This document shows positions 49,532 to 60,623 of a stretch of 64,000 nt of DNA, in pieces. The translations under genes were made by a program, and so were the position numbers. Numbering within the stretch: the first letter of the stretch is position 1; every line of letters begins with the position of its first letter. This DNA comes from an uncultured Pseudomonadota bacterium (GTDB lineage: Bacteria; Oederibacteriota; Muellerivitia; Muellerivitales; Muellerivitaceae): positions 544,001-608,000 of the forward strand of contig CAWIIP010000004.1 in NCBI GenBank assembly GCA_963836235.1, read 5' to 3'. Below the pieces are notes generated by a model. That model was not told where the DNA came from. It was given only the letters and a program-made list of their open reading frames with translations, and did not search any database.

Positions 49532-50224
49532 ATGAAACAACCTTCGATTCTGATGATTGAAGACGATCAATCCGTATCCACTCTGACTCGGGATCTTTTC
49601 CTGAAAGAAGGATATGCTGTTAAGACCGTTTCCAATGGCGCGGAAGGGCTAAGCCTGCTCCAGCGGGAGGAGTTCGATCTTCTTGTGTTGGACTTGGGCT
49701 TGCCGGACATGAATGGATTGGATATTTGCTCCCGAATCAAGAGGGATTCGGTGCGCGGCAAAATGCCTATCTTCATTCTGACGGCTCTAGGCTCTTCTGA
49801 GGATATCGTCAGGGGTTTGGAAGCTGGTGCCGAGGATTACCTTCCAAAACCATTTAACGAGAGGGAATTCTTGGCCCGGGCTCGGGCCATTTTGAGGCGT
49901 AGGGATCCCCTGTTGTCTAAGGATGAGCAAATTGTTTCGGGTAAAATTAAATTGTCTCTCGCATCCCATGAAGCTTGGTGCTCGGAAAAACCGATTCAGC
50001 TTACTTTGCGCGAGTTTGATATTCTCCGTATATTTCTGGCCAACCCCGGTAAAGCCTTGACACGGGAAGAGATCGTGAAAATGGCTTGGGGTCCGGCAAC
50101 CGCTATTGTTCCCAAGGTAGTAGACGTTCATATCGGCCATTTAAGGGTTAAACTGGGGTCAGAAGGAAAGCGAATCGATACGGTTCCCCAGGTCGGCTAT
50201 AAGTTGGTACCTCCCAAAAAGTAG
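49532..50224 (+). CDS. OmpR/PhoB family response regulator
   Basis: REC ('IEDD', 'LDLGLPDMNG', 'EDYLPKPF') plus winged helix ('LTLREFDIL', 'VDVHIGHLRVKL', 'TVPQVGYK'). Confidence 0.95.
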   Translation: MKQPSILMIEDDQSVSTLTRDLFLKEGYAVKTVSNGAEGLSLLQREEFDLLVLDLGLPDMNGLDICSRIKRDSVRGKMPIFILTALGSSEDIVRGLEAGAEDYLPKPFNEREFLARARAILRRRDPLLSKDEQIVSGKIKLSLASHEAWCSEKPIQLTLREFDILRIFLANPGKALTREEIVKMAWGPATAIVPKVVDVHIGHLRVKLGSEGKRIDTVPQVGYKLVPPKK

Positions 50225-50254
50225 TGCTTCCGCCACCCCTTACCCTTGTATCTC

Positions 50255-50292
50255 TATACGGTTTCTTTACTGGTTTTATACCGGCTTTTTAC
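50255..50292 (+). promoter_or_regulatory. Four phased 11-bp direct repeats (candidate OmpR/PhoB-type box)
   Basis: TATAC 50255, TTTAC 50266, TATAC 50277, TTTAC 50288. Confidence 0.65.
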
Positions 50293-50390
50293 CCCTCGTA
50301 ACATTTCTAGAATGTATTTTACTTTCATCTATTTGATTAAGAAGGTCCATGAACTTCTTGTGTTTTCAAATAGATGGATAGAAGGATCTT

Positions 50391-50522
50391 ATGGAAGAGA
50401 AGAAACTGCAGGAAGTTCCGGTTTGGACCGAAGAACAGTGGGAGAGTTGGCTATATTCATTTGCCACTGAGATAGAAAATGGGAAGATAAAAACTTCGGT
50501 TCCAGCAGGTGATATTCAGTAG
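50391..50522 (+). CDS. Small 43-aa acidic, Trp-rich protein (below the ORF-track cutoff)
   Basis: GAAGGA RBS, then MEEKKLQEVPVWTEEQWESWLYSFATEIENGKIKTSVPAGDIQ*. Confidence 0.5.
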   Translation: MEEKKLQEVPVWTEEQWESWLYSFATEIENGKIKTSVPAGDIQ

Positions 50523-50565
50523 CGTGGTTCCGTTGTGTTGAAGTTTTGTTTATAGGAGCGAAAAT

Positions 50566-51354
50566 TTGAATAATTTGCAACTAAAAACGATTGTGAACCA
50601 AAAAGCCGCGCTTGTTCCCATTATGACGACGTCTCATAAATCGGACGAAGCCGTGTCAATTGAGGCCGGCCAAAACAGAGGGGCCAATCAAGTATTTCCT
50701 TTTTATCAGCTATCCAAGGATCTTTGCGCGGCCTATGTCCGGACCAATGTAGTCGAAATGGATATGGCTCGTATCCATTATGTGCAGGCTATCTTGGAGC
50801 AAAAGGATGGCGGTTCGGAAATTGTGAAGCTTCATTTCCAATACGCGATAGCCCAAATTGTCGATTCTTATCGGAGGCGGCTTGGGATCTACGGTAAAGA
50901 ACTTCATTCGGTGCAGGAAACCTTTGATAAAAAATTAAAAGATGCGACTGTCCCCTCGGATTTAATTATTGTTTTTGAAGAAGCTCTCAAGCATTTATTG
51001 GCACTTACATTGAGGCCTGCTCAGGTTTCTCAAGCCATTAGAATGGATGGGGCCAAGAGATATATTGATGAAAATTTTAGCCAAAACCTTAAGATGGTGG
51101 AAACGGCCCGAGATAATGGATTTTCTGTCTCGGTTTTTGGACGGGCTTTTAAGAAAGAATTTGGGGTGGGTTTTTCCGCATATATCCGGAAAGTTCGGTT
51201 GGAACACGCCAGGAAATTATTAGTATCGACCCGGTTGCCTATTTCCCAAGTGATTCAGGAATGCGGATTTAATAACCCGCAATACTTCTTCGATTTGTTT
51301 AAGCGTTCCACCGGACATACACCCCAAACATTCCGCGATAAGTTTGATAGATAA
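50566..51354 (+). CDS. AraC family transcriptional regulator
   Basis: 'YIDENFSQNL..FGRAFKKEFG..RLEHARKLL..CGFNNPQYF..FKRSTG.TP..FR'; AGGAG RBS before TTG. Confidence 0.92.
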   Translation: MNNLQLKTIVNQKAALVPIMTTSHKSDEAVSIEAGQNRGANQVFPFYQLSKDLCAAYVRTNVVEMDMARIHYVQAILEQKDGGSEIVKLHFQYAIAQIVDSYRRRLGIYGKELHSVQETFDKKLKDATVPSDLIIVFEEALKHLLALTLRPAQVSQAIRMDGAKRYIDENFSQNLKMVETARDNGFSVSVFGRAFKKEFGVGFSAYIRKVRLEHARKLLVSTRLPISQVIQECGFNNPQYFFDLFKRSTGHTPQTFRDKFDR

Positions 51355-51359
51355 CTAAA

Positions 51360-51397
51360 GTTCATTCAAAAACGAGGTTTAGCGTTTTTGGATGAAC
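51360..51397. terminator. 15-bp stem-loop between convergent genes
   Basis: GTTCATTCAAAAACG-aggtttag-CGTTTTTGGATGAAC (one G-U pair) just after the AraC stop. Confidence 0.65.
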
Positions 51398-51565
51398 CTG
51401 CAGATGATTTTTTATGGAAATGCCAAGTTTCCAAATTGTGGAAGTTGAATTGTTGCTCCTGGAAGTCACTAAGGTCTTGACGCCAACAAGTTGCGCATGG
51501 CACGGCCCAACCGATTAAACTTGAGTTTTTCTATTTCGGCCATAACCCATGATGGCTTTTGAATT

Positions 51566-54337
51566 TTACCGGATCACTAAAACGTTTAGAATTTTTGTGC
51601 TGGTGATTGTCCCTGTCACTTGAACTCGGACGTAATAAAACCCGTTGGCCACGGGGTTTCCCCAACTATCCAGCAGGTTCCAGTAGAAGATGCCATTGTT
51701 TCCGGGAATGGGCTGGGTATTGTCATAAACCTTTCGAAAGGCCGTGGTATAGATCGTCCAGTGGACTGTTGACCCGATGGGAGCCTGAATAGGAAACGAA
51801 AGGGGCCCCGTCCCGATCGGGTTGGGATAGGAGGGACCAATGGTAATGATTACGGGGGTGGCGATGGGAGTGACCGTCGCTGTGTGCGTAGGAGTTATGG
51901 TGGGTGTACTGGTAATTGTAGCGGTGGCGTTGGATGTGCCCGTGTTTGTGGGAGTAGTTGTAACTGTCTGAGTAGGGGTGGTGGTGGGTGTTAAGGTGAT
52001 CGTGGGTGTATTCGTGATACTAGGAGTGGGTGTGGGGGAAGGCCCAAATTTAAAGATAATAGTGTCCGGCTCCAGTCCGGTCCCGCCCCCGATGGTAAGC
52101 TGGATGGCGGTTGTCACCCCATTGGCGGAAAGTAAGTCGGTGGAGTTGCTTTCGCCGGCGATATAGATCCCCCCGTTCCCATCCAGGGCGATAGCGGCAG
52201 ACGGATCGTAGCCTGTGGGACCGCCGCCGCCCCCACCGGAACCTCCAAAGCAGGTGGAATAGACCAGATCGGTTCCCGTTGAGTTCAAATGGGTGACGAA
52301 GGCTTCGACGTTGTTTTCACTACTACTGTTGTGGGCTTCCACAAAATCCACGGCTGTGCCTGTGACCGGAAAGTCGTAACAGGTGGTGCCGCCCCCCACA
52401 TAGGCGTCGTTGTTTACGTCCACCGCAATGGCGCGACCAGTGCTGAAAAGGGGTGGAGCCGATGGGCCAATACTTCCACCCAGATAAGTGGAATAAACAA
52501 GGGATGTGCCTGTTGGGTTCATTTTGGTGATAAAAGCGTCATAAAGCACGCCTGAAGATAGGGAGGTTTGGTAAGCGCCGGTGGTGTAGGGAAATTGGGA
52601 GGAAAAAGTGAATCCTGTCACATAGGCGTTGCCTCCCCCATCCAAGGCAATTCCGTTGCCTTGGTCATAGTTTTCCCCTCCTAAGTAAGTGGAATAAACT
52701 AGCCCTGTTCCAGTAGCGTTTAATTTAGCCACAAAAGCATTTTGTGATGCCCCGGTAATCAAGTTTGCTTGAAAGGGAGTCCCGCCCCCGGCCACAGTTA
52801 CGGGGAAATTAGTCGAGGCGGTTTGCCCGGTTACATAAGAATTTCCGTTCGTATCCACAACGATGCTGTTGCCCGAATCAGGGCCATTTCCCCCCAGGTA
52901 GGTGGAGTAGACCAGGGAAGAGGTTCCACTTTTGGTAACGTCTAATTTGGAAATAAAGGCGTTAGTGGCTCCGGTAGTGCCGAGGATTGTTTGAAAGGCG
53001 CCGGTAGTTGTAGGGAAATTGGTCGAAGAGGTTTGTCCCGTTACGTAAACGAAATCCGACGGGTCTAAGGCCAGTCCGTAAGCGACGTCATCGCCGTTAC
53101 CCCCCAAAAAGGTGGAATAAAGTAACGTCGATCCTGTTGGATCTAATTCGGTGACATAGGCATCAAAACCCTGGTTCGGAGTAACTTGATAGGCATTGGG
53201 GGTGGTGGGAAAGGTATTGGAAACCAAAGTGGATGGGGCCTGAGTCGGCCCGTCCACATAACAATTACCACTCCCATCCACCGCGATGCCATAGTTAAAT
53301 TCCTGGTAGATTTGATTGCCGTTGCCTCCTAGGTATGTGGAATAAAGGAGGGCCGTTCCGGCTGAATTGATTTTGGCGACAAATGCATCGGGGTTTCCGA
53401 CATTGACAGTCTGGGCTGCGCCGGGAGTGACCGGAAAATCGATGGAATAGGTATGACCCGTGATAAAAGCCTCTCCTGCTGAATCTACGGCGATGCCGTA
53501 AGCGCCGTCATGGCTGCTGCCGCCCAGGTAAGTGGCATAGTCCAGGACCGGATCAATGACCAAAGGTCTGGTCTTATCGTAGGAAGGAACCTCAAAGCCC
53601 ACCTCTTTAGTCCCAGTTATCTTGTATCGGCCTTGGACAGGTTGGTGGATGAGTCCCTCATTTTGGTACAGGATGGGTGCTTTAAACACTATGTCACCCA
53701 TCGAAGTTTTCAGCGCTAAGCCGCCGTCAGCATTGATTTCCAGTGCTTCCATTCCCTCAAAGGATAAGCGGATGGCATTGATATTCGCCCCGGGTTGGGC
53801 TTTGAAGTCGTACTCCAAATGTCCCTGGTTACCGTAATATTCCATGTTTATTCCCGGATAGACTCCTTGTACTCCGACTCTAGCATACTGGGGGATATGG
53901 GTATGCCATTGGGCGGGCTGATTGCCGATGAAGTAATTGCTGATACCGGGAAGTTGTTCCAATCCTTCCGGGGAAAGATTGGAAAGGGCTCCCTCCAATT
54001 TCATCCTAAGAACGGCTGTTTGAATCGTCAGCGGTGACGAAACGGTCTTTTTCCGTGAAAATTTTACCGCAGGAGGAGAGGTAGAAAATTTTTGAAGCAC
54101 CAAAAGGGCATCCTGAGACGTCAGAAAAAGAGTGTAGCCGGGACCACGGGAAATAAACTTCGCCTGAGGGTCGGTCTGACCCTCATTGGGTTCAAAATAA
54201 AGCGGTAGTCGGCTGAGGAAAAATGATGGAGCGGGCTGAGAGGACGTTCCGTTTTGGGCACGATCTGTCGATGGTTGAAAAAAAAAGAAACTGAAAATGA
54301 ATCCGACCGTCCATATTAATTTTTTAAGAGACGGCAT
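51566..54337 (-). CDS. Secreted SBBP (beta-propeller) repeat protein with Thr stalk and T9SS-like CTD
   Basis: 'LPLYFEPNEGQ', 'PLVIDPVL', repeated 'YSTYLGG..D....IAVD..G..YVTG.T.S..FP'; CTD SYPNP..IYTTAFRKV..WN..NGFYY..LNVLVIR. Confidence 0.88.
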   Translation of the reverse strand: MPSLKKLIWTVGFIFSFFFFQPSTDRAQNGTSSQPAPSFFLSRLPLYFEPNEGQTDPQAKFISRGPGYTLFLTSQDALLVLQKFSTSPPAVKFSRKKTVSSPLTIQTAVLRMKLEGALSNLSPEGLEQLPGISNYFIGNQPAQWHTHIPQYARVGVQGVYPGINMEYYGNQGHLEYDFKAQPGANINAIRLSFEGMEALEINADGGLALKTSMGDIVFKAPILYQNEGLIHQPVQGRYKITGTKEVGFEVPSYDKTRPLVIDPVLDYATYLGGSSHDGAYGIAVDSAGEAFITGHTYSIDFPVTPGAAQTVNVGNPDAFVAKINSAGTALLYSTYLGGNGNQIYQEFNYGIAVDGSGNCYVDGPTQAPSTLVSNTFPTTPNAYQVTPNQGFDAYVTELDPTGSTLLYSTFLGGNGDDVAYGLALDPSDFVYVTGQTSSTNFPTTTGAFQTILGTTGATNAFISKLDVTKSGTSSLVYSTYLGGNGPDSGNSIVVDTNGNSYVTGQTASTNFPVTVAGGGTPFQANLITGASQNAFVAKLNATGTGLVYSTYLGGENYDQGNGIALDGGGNAYVTGFTFSSQFPYTTGAYQTSLSSGVLYDAFITKMNPTGTSLVYSTYLGGSIGPSAPPLFSTGRAIAVDVNNDAYVGGGTTCYDFPVTGTAVDFVEAHNSSSENNVEAFVTHLNSTGTDLVYSTCFGGSGGGGGGPTGYDPSAAIALDGNGGIYIAGESNSTDLLSANGVTTAIQLTIGGGTGLEPDTIIFKFGPSPTPTPSITNTPTITLTPTTTPTQTVTTTPTNTGTSNATATITSTPTITPTHTATVTPIATPVIITIGPSYPNPIGTGPLSFPIQAPIGSTVHWTIYTTAFRKVYDNTQPIPGNNGIFYWNLLDSWGNPVANGFYYVRVQVTGTITSTKILNVLVIR

Positions 54338-54487
54338 ATTTTCCTTCCGCTTATCGAATGCTGTTGCGGCCGCTTTTTAAAGCATCAGCAAAATTATTTC
54401 CAAGGTCCAGAATCATATCACCGAATGAGTTCCCACCGTTCTTTGCGAATCCTAAGAAATCGTCCGCTTTTTAGAACCCACCGAGGT

Positions 54488-54504
54488 GTAAAGAATAGGT
54501 AAAG
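54488..54504 (-). promoter_or_regulatory. Two phased CTTTAC repeats (11-bp period) upstream of the SBBP gene
   Basis: GTAAAG at 54488 and 54499 on the + strand, i.e. CTTTAC on the coding strand of the minus-strand gene. Confidence 0.55.
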
Positions 54505-54627
54505 ACAGATGCAATAAGATTTCCAAAAAAAGCGCTTTTTCGAGGATGGAAAATTTTATCTAACTTGTTAGACAAAAAATGGGTTAAAAGCCAAAACGAA
54601 AATCGTTTTCCGTGGCTGATGAGCGGC

Positions 54628-54641
54628 TTGAACCGGTTCAA
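54628..54641. promoter_or_regulatory. Perfect 14-bp palindrome, candidate operator
   Basis: TTGAACCGGTTCAA in the divergent promoter region. Confidence 0.5.
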
Positions 54642-54651
54642 TTGAAATTTT

Positions 54652-54668
54652 CTTTACTGCTTCTTTAC
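54652..54668 (+). promoter_or_regulatory. Two phased CTTTAC repeats (11-bp period) upstream of the 1955-aa protein gene
   Basis: TTTAC at 54653 and 54664. Confidence 0.55.
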
Positions 54669-54755
54669 CGGGTTAAGAATCAGATTTTTTTAAATTGATG
54701 TAAGATTTCTAATCAACAATTTTTTTAGTGTGTAGAAAAAATATCTAAAACCGAT

Positions 54756-57700
54756 TTGAGATTGTTTACAAGGCGATCAATGTTTTTCAAAAAGAAATCA
54801 AAAATTGTATCTTCTGAAAGCGAAAACTTTTCCAAAAATTGTTTTTTTTTAATGACAATTCCGAAAAGCCGAAAATCGTTCTCCGGGATTTTCCCGAAAC
54901 ACCAAATAAATTTTAAGAAATATCCTTTTTTATTTCTGTATTCTTCTATGCTCTGCTTCTCCTTTGTTGGTGTTGGTCATGCTTGGACAAACGGCAGTTT
55001 TACGGCCGGGTTGACGGGCTGGACGACTTCCTTTGCCAACCCCGGACTTGCCAATGGTTGTACTAATCCTTCGGCGACAGTAGTCAACGCGACTACGGTA
55101 TCGGCTAAAGGCGCAGGTGTTGTTCCCAACTCCGATGGCTTACTTCCAAACCACCCGGCCTGTAGCCCGGACGCAGTCCAGCTTTGGCCGTCCCACGGGG
55201 AAGCTAACCACGGAGATTGGGTCCAAATCCAGCAAACCGATACGGTACCTACCAACGGCAACACTTGTTTCACTTTCTGGTTCGCTGGTGTCTTTGAAAA
55301 CTATCATTATTTACAGGGACAAACCGCTAATAATTCTGACAGTTATCTACTTGTCAACATGATCGTCGGTGGGGCAGTGGTGGCTTCGCTCAACTATAGT
55401 TGGGAAACAACACTTCCTCAAATTATTCAACTTACCAATGCCCAAGTTCCCGCCGTCGGGGACGGTACCGTTTGCGACATCAACGGAACCCCCAACAATT
55501 GGGGTTACGTACCTTGGACCGAGTACGAAATCAACCTTTGCCAATATGCCGGGCAACAAGTGACCTTCCAGGCCACTTTTTATGATTGCGATATGGGCGG
55601 CCATTATGGCTTTGGGAATATCAGTTGCCTTAACTGGAATTCCTGCCCTCCGCCCGCGATGAAAATCACCAAGGCAAATACACCTTCGGGCTTAGTGAGC
55701 GCAGGGCAGACCATCACTTACACCATCAACTATTCGAATGCCGGAACCGGCCCCGCGGACGGAGTCGTCATTAACGACACGATTCCCAATGGGACAACTT
55801 TTGTGCCGGGATCGATGACGAGTAATCCTATTGCCTTTTTTACTAATCAAGTAGGGAACGACCTCATTTGGGACGTGGGATATGTGGCGGCCGGAGCCAC
55901 CGGCAGCCTTTCTTTCAAAGTAACGGCCCCTGATAGTCAATGCGTGACTTTCACCAATGTCGCGGCGGAGACGGATCTCACCGTGGCTTGCGGGACTACA
56001 CCACCTCTCTCCAATCCCGTGACAAATTGGCTGGGTGGATGTACACCGACGCCTTTGCCTACCCATACCGCAACGGATACGACAACAGCTACGAGTTCGC
56101 CAACACCCACACATACTCACACCGCTGTTGCTACCGCTACGAGTACAGCGACGACAACGGATACGAATACAACTACAAATACGCCTACAAACACACATAC
56201 TGTTACCCCCACTCCTTCTCCAACTGCAACCAATACTCCGACCAATAGTCCTACGCCCACCAACACTAATACCGATACCGCAACGCCGACAAACACGCCT
56301 ACAATCACCAATACACCTACTCCCACGAATACCCCACTACCAACCAATACACCCACGAATACCAATACCGCTTTAAGTACCGCAGTGGCTTCTGCTGTGA
56401 CGGGGCCTAGTGCTACGCCCACCATTGATCCCACACCCGTGAATACGATTTCATCCACGGCCGTAACAGGGCCTAGCGATACACCGACAATAGACCCGAC
56501 ACCGGCTAATACAATTGTGTCTACGGTTGGAACGGGTCCAACCAATACACCGACGATAGACCCCACGCCAGCGAATACGGTAGTGTCCACGGTAGGGACG
56601 GGACCGACGAATACACCAACGATAGACCCGACACCGGCGAATACAGTGGTGTCCACAGTCGGGACAGGACCGACGAACACACCGACGATTGATCCGACGC
56701 CAGCAAACACAGTGGTGTCTACGGTGGGTACAGGACCGACGAACACGCCGACAATAGACCCCACGCCAGCGAATACGGTAGTGTCCACGGTAGGGACGGG
56801 TCCAACCAGCACACCGACGATAGACCCGACACCGGCGAATACAGTGGTGTCCACAGTTGGGACAGGACCGACGAACACACCGACGATTGATCCGACTCCA
56901 GCAAACACAGTGGTGTCTACGGTGGGTACAGGTCCAACCAATACACCGACGATAGACCCCACGCCAGCGAATACGGTAGTGTCCACGGTAGGGACGGGAC
57001 CGACGAATACACCAACGATAGACCCGACACCGGCGAATACAGTGGTGTCCACAGTTGGGACAGGACCGACGAACACACCGACGATTGATCCGACTCCAGC
57101 AAACACAGTGGTGTCTACGGTGGGTACAGGTCCAACCAATACACCGACGATAGACCCCACGCCAGCGAATACGGTAGTGTCCACGGTAGGGACGGGACCG
57201 ACGAATACACCAACGATAGACCCGACACCGGCGAATTCGACTGTGTCTACGGTCGGGACGGGTTCAACTAGCACACCGACGATAGACCCCACCCCGGCAA
57301 GTACAACGGTTTCAACGGTAGGGACAGGGCCTACCAATACGGCGACTATTGATCCGACACCGGCGAATTCGACTGTGTCTACGGTCGGGACGGGTTCAAC
57401 CAGCACACCGACGATAGACCCCACCCCGGCAAGTACAACGGTTTCAACGGTAGGGACAGGACCTACTAATACAGCGACCGTTGATCCGACACCGGCGAAT
57501 ACGACTGTGTCTACGGTCGGGACGGGTCCAACCAACACGCCTACGGTTGATCCGACGCCAGCGAGCACAACGGTTTCAACGGTAGGGACAGGACCTACTA
57601 ATACAGCGACCGTTGATCCGACACCGGCGAATACGACTGTGTCTACGGTCGGGACGGGTCCAACCAGCACACCGACGATAGACCCCACGCCAGCAAGTAC

Positions 57701-60623
57701 AACGGTTTCAACGGTAGGGACAGGGCCTACCAATACGGCGACTGTTGATCCGACACCGGCGAATACGAGCGTGTCAACAGTCGGGACACACTCTACTAAT
57801 ACGCCGACGATTGACCCTACGCCAAAGAGCACAAGCGTTTCCACGGTCGGGACAGGACCTACTAATACAGCGACCGTTGATCCGACACCGGCAAATACGA
57901 CTGTGTCTACGGTGGGAACGGGTCCAACCAACACGCCTACGATTGATCCGACGCCAGCGAGCACTACGGTTTCAACGGTCGGGACAGGGCCTACCAATAC
58001 GGCGACTGTTGATCCGACACCGGCGAATACGGTAGTGTCCACGGTAGGGACGGGACCGACGAATACACCAACGATAGACCCGACACCGGCGAATACAGTG
58101 GTGTCCACAGTCGGGACAGGACCGACGAACACACCGACGATAGACCCCACGCCGGCAAGTACAACGGTTTCAACGGTAGGGACGGGATCTACTAATACAG
58201 CGACCGTTGATCCGACACCGGCGAATACGACTGTGTCTACGGTGGGAACGGGTCCAACCAACACACCTACGATTGATCCGACGCCAGCGAGCACTACGGT
58301 TTCAACGGTCGGGACAGGACCGACGAACACACCGACGATAGACCCCACGCCGGCAAGTACAACGGTTTCAACGGTAGGGACGGGACCTACTAATACAGCG
58401 ACCGTTGATCCGACACCGGCGAATACGACTGTGTCTACGGTGGGAACGGGTCCAACCAACACACCTACGATTGATCCGACGCCAGCGAGCACTACGGTTT
58501 CAACGGTCGGGACAGGACCGACGAACACACCGACGACAGACCCCACCCCAGCAAGTACAACGGTTTCAACCGTAGGGACAGGACCTACTAATACAGCAAC
58601 CGTTGATCCGACACCGGCGAATACGACTGTGTCTACGGTTGGAGCGGGTCCAACCAACACGCCTACGATTGATCCGACGCCAGCGAGCACTACGGTTTCA
58701 ACGGTCGGGACGGGACCGACGAATACACCGACGATAGACCCCACGCCAGCAAGTACAACGGTTTCAACGGTAGGGACAGGGCCTACAAATACCCCGACCA
58801 TCGATCCGACTCCGGAAAGTACTGGTATCTCTACAGTTGGAACGGGTCCAACCAACACGCCGACGATTGATCCAACGCCGGCGAGTTCCACGGTTTCAAC
58901 AGTTGTAACTGGGCCTAGTAACACGCCGACGATTGACCCGACGCCAGTGAACACGTCCATATCCACGGTTCAAGCGGGCCCTACCGATACACCCACCATT
59001 GACCCCACACCGGTGAACACCATCATATCCACGGTTGTGACGGGGCCAAGCGCGACTCCTACGATTGATCCCACGCCCGTGAACACGATTTTATCCACTG
59101 TTGGGGCTGGGCCAACGAATACCGTTACTAACACCTTTACCCCAATGAACACCCCGACGGTTACTAACACTCACATCCCCACAAGCACACCTATCGCTAC
59201 TAATACGGCGACGGCTTCGGGAACGGATACGGCCACACGGACCTACACGGATACGACTACTCCCACATCCACTTTTACCATTACCGGTACATCTACCATT
59301 ACTTTTACTGCGACACCGACCCCGTCTTTCGAAGTTACCATGAATAAAAAGGTTTCTTCATCTACAGCGGAGTCGGGGAACATCCTGACTTATTTCTTGA
59401 ACCTAGTCGTGACGGGGAATACGGCTTTCGGAGTGGTCGTGACGGACACCCTTCCGGCCAATGTGACTTACGTTGGCTCCGGGCCCAACAACCCCTCAAG
59501 CCTCCCCGCACCGGTGGTGAATACCGCTGTGGATCAATTGACTTGGGCATTGCCTCCCCTCAATCCAGGGACTTACCAGCTTAGATATCAAACCCAAGTT
59601 AATAATTTCCTGGCGAATGGGACCCAAATCCTTAACCAAGCGGTCATGACCTATCCGGGATCGGTTCCGGTGACGAGCGTGGTGCCCGTGGTGGTGGTGG
59701 CCAATGACGTCGTGATCATCGCGGTGTACAACGAGGCGGGTGAACTGGTGAATCAGATATACACGAATAACGAATCCCAACCCCTCCAGACCGTTTCTAT
59801 CGGAGGCAACAGCGACGTGACGTCCATCAACGGCCCGGGCGGGGCGGTAACGGTTTATTACGCGGGCACGGCGGTCGCGGTTTGGAACGGGGCTAATGCC
59901 AACGGAACGCCGGCTTCCAATGGCACCTACTTCCTTAAAGTGGACAATATCAACAGTACCGGCGCTGTATCCAGCGAGACTCTTCCAGTGGTCGTAACCA
60001 GGACTCTTTATGAGATCACCACACTGATCTACAACGAAGCAGGGGAAGTGGTAAAGCACCTTTATTCTTACGTTTCAAACCTTGGGGAGGCTTCCGTATC
60101 GAGCATAAGCCTTTCCGCTTCGACGATAGACCCGTCTGCGGCGGGCACGGGCACTGTGCCATCCCAATTGAATATTTTATTAAGCAATGGGACCACGATT
60201 ATTTGGGATGGGACGAGTGATAATGGAAACTTCGTGCAAAACGGCCAGTATCTTGTGGAGGTCCATAGCCAAAATGGAACCGGGCCGGGGGCTGTTATGG
60301 TCAAACAGGTGTCAGTGGAAGATCTTAATGCCTCCGCTGGCGCGGGTGTGGTGACCGCTTGGCCCAACATTTTGAAGACTTCCAATGGGCCTATGGTTAC
60401 GACTTTCCATACAAACTCCTCCCTAAACCTGACTTTGAACGCGTCCATTTATACGGTAGCGGGTGAGCTGGTTCATGTGAGCAATGGAAGTCAAGGTGGC
60501 AATCAGGTCACATGGGATGCCACCTGGCTGGCCAGTGGAATCTATATCGCGGTAGTGGAAGAGCTGGATTCCAGCGGCGGAGTACTGAGCCGCCAGACGG
60601 TCAAGCTTGCGATAATTCGTTAA
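54756..60623 (+). CDS. Giant secreted adhesin-like protein: Cys-rich head, DUF11-like domains, 22-aa Thr repeat stalk, FlgD-Ig-like domains and CTD
   Basis: Signal cleavage ..GHA|W; DUF11-like '[19 protein letters not shown]'; repeat [22 protein letters not shown]; YNEAGE..W(N/D)G motifs; ends ASGIY..KLAIIR; likely start ATG 54780. Confidence 0.88.
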   Translation: MRLFTRRSMFFKKKSKIVSSESENFSKNCFFLMTIPKSRKSFSGIFPKHQINFKKYPFLFLYSSMLCFSFVGVGHAWTNGSFTAGLTGWTTSFANPGLANGCTNPSATVVNATTVSAKGAGVVPNSDGLLPNHPACSPDAVQLWPSHGEANHGDWVQIQQTDTVPTNGNTCFTFWFAGVFENYHYLQGQTANNSDSYLLVNMIVGGAVVASLNYSWETTLPQIIQLTNAQVPAVGDGTVCDINGTPNNWGYVPWTEYEINLCQYAGQQVTFQATFYDCDMGGHYGFGNISCLNWNSCPPPAMKITKANTPSGLVSAGQTITYTINYSNAGTGPADGVVINDTIPNGTTFVPGSMTSNPIAFFTNQVGNDLIWDVGYVAAGATGSLSFKVTAPDSQCVTFTNVAAETDLTVACGTTPPLSNPVTNWLGGCTPTPLPTHTATDTTTATSSPTPTHTHTAVATATSTATTTDTNTTTNTPTNTHTVTPTPSPTATNTPTNSPTPTNTNTDTATPTNTPTITNTPTPTNTPLPTNTPTNTNTALSTAVASAVTGPSATPTIDPTPVNTISSTAVTGPSDTPTIDPTPANTIVSTVGTGPTNTPTIDPTPANTVVSTVGTGPTNTPTIDPTPANTVVSTVGTGPTNTPTIDPTPANTVVSTVGTGPTNTPTIDPTPANTVVSTVGTGPTSTPTIDPTPANTVVSTVGTGPTNTPTIDPTPANTVVSTVGTGPTNTPTIDPTPANTVVSTVGTGPTNTPTIDPTPANTVVSTVGTGPTNTPTIDPTPANTVVSTVGTGPTNTPTIDPTPANTVVSTVGTGPTNTPTIDPTPANSTVSTVGTGSTSTPTIDPTPASTTVSTVGTGPTNTATIDPTPANSTVSTVGTGSTSTPTIDPTPASTTVSTVGTGPTNTATVDPTPANTTVSTVGTGPTNTPTVDPTPASTTVSTVGTGPTNTATVDPTPANTTVSTVGTGPTSTPTIDPTPASTTVSTVGTGPTNTATVDPTPANTSVSTVGTHSTNTPTIDPTPKSTSVSTVGTGPTNTATVDPTPANTTVSTVGTGPTNTPTIDPTPASTTVSTVGTGPTNTATVDPTPANTVVSTVGTGPTNTPTIDPTPANTVVSTVGTGPTNTPTIDPTPASTTVSTVGTGSTNTATVDPTPANTTVSTVGTGPTNTPTIDPTPASTTVSTVGTGPTNTPTIDPTPASTTVSTVGTGPTNTATVDPTPANTTVSTVGTGPTNTPTIDPTPASTTVSTVGTGPTNTPTTDPTPASTTVSTVGTGPTNTATVDPTPANTTVSTVGAGPTNTPTIDPTPASTTVSTVGTGPTNTPTIDPTPASTTVSTVGTGPTNTPTIDPTPESTGISTVGTGPTNTPTIDPTPASSTVSTVVTGPSNTPTIDPTPVNTSISTVQAGPTDTPTIDPTPVNTIISTVVTGPSATPTIDPTPVNTILSTVGAGPTNTVTNTFTPMNTPTVTNTHIPTSTPIATNTATASGTDTATRTYTDTTTPTSTFTITGTSTITFTATPTPSFEVTMNKKVSSSTAESGNILTYFLNLVVTGNTAFGVVVTDTLPANVTYVGSGPNNPSSLPAPVVNTAVDQLTWALPPLNPGTYQLRYQTQVNNFLANGTQILNQAVMTYPGSVPVTSVVPVVVVANDVVIIAVYNEAGELVNQIYTNNESQPLQTVSIGGNSDVTSINGPGGAVTVYYAGTAVAVWNGANANGTPASNGTYFLKVDNINSTGAVSSETLPVVVTRTLYEITTLIYNEAGEVVKHLYSYVSNLGEASVSSISLSASTIDPSAAGTGTVPSQLNILLSNGTTIIWDGTSDNGNFVQNGQYLVEVHSQNGTGPGAVMVKQVSVEDLNASAGAGVVTAWPNILKTSNGPMVTTFHTNSSLNLTLNASIYTVAGELVHVSNGSQGGNQVTWDATWLASGIYIAVVEELDSSGGVLSRQTVKLAIIR
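55005..56053 (+). repeat. ~1.05-kb direct repeat, copy 1 (copy 2 at 61225-62273)
   Basis: Near-identical sequence at offset 6220; only a few synonymous differences seen. Confidence 0.95.
56380..59120 (+). repeat. Intragenic array of about 40 66-bp (22-aa) tandem repeats
   Basis: Repeating STVGTGPT(N/S)T(P/A)T(I/V)DPTPA(N/S)T(V/T)V; boundaries approximate. Confidence 0.93.

Noticed and set aside
56117-58966. 949-aa Val/Gly-rich minus-strand ORF (likewise 28061-28954 and 41676-42245)
   Set aside because: Reverse complement of Thr/Pro codon repeats, which lack stop codons; the sense gene explains it
56380-59120. Possible CRISPR array
   Set aside because: The units are contiguous, in-frame coding repeats with synonymous variation; no unique spacers and no cas genes
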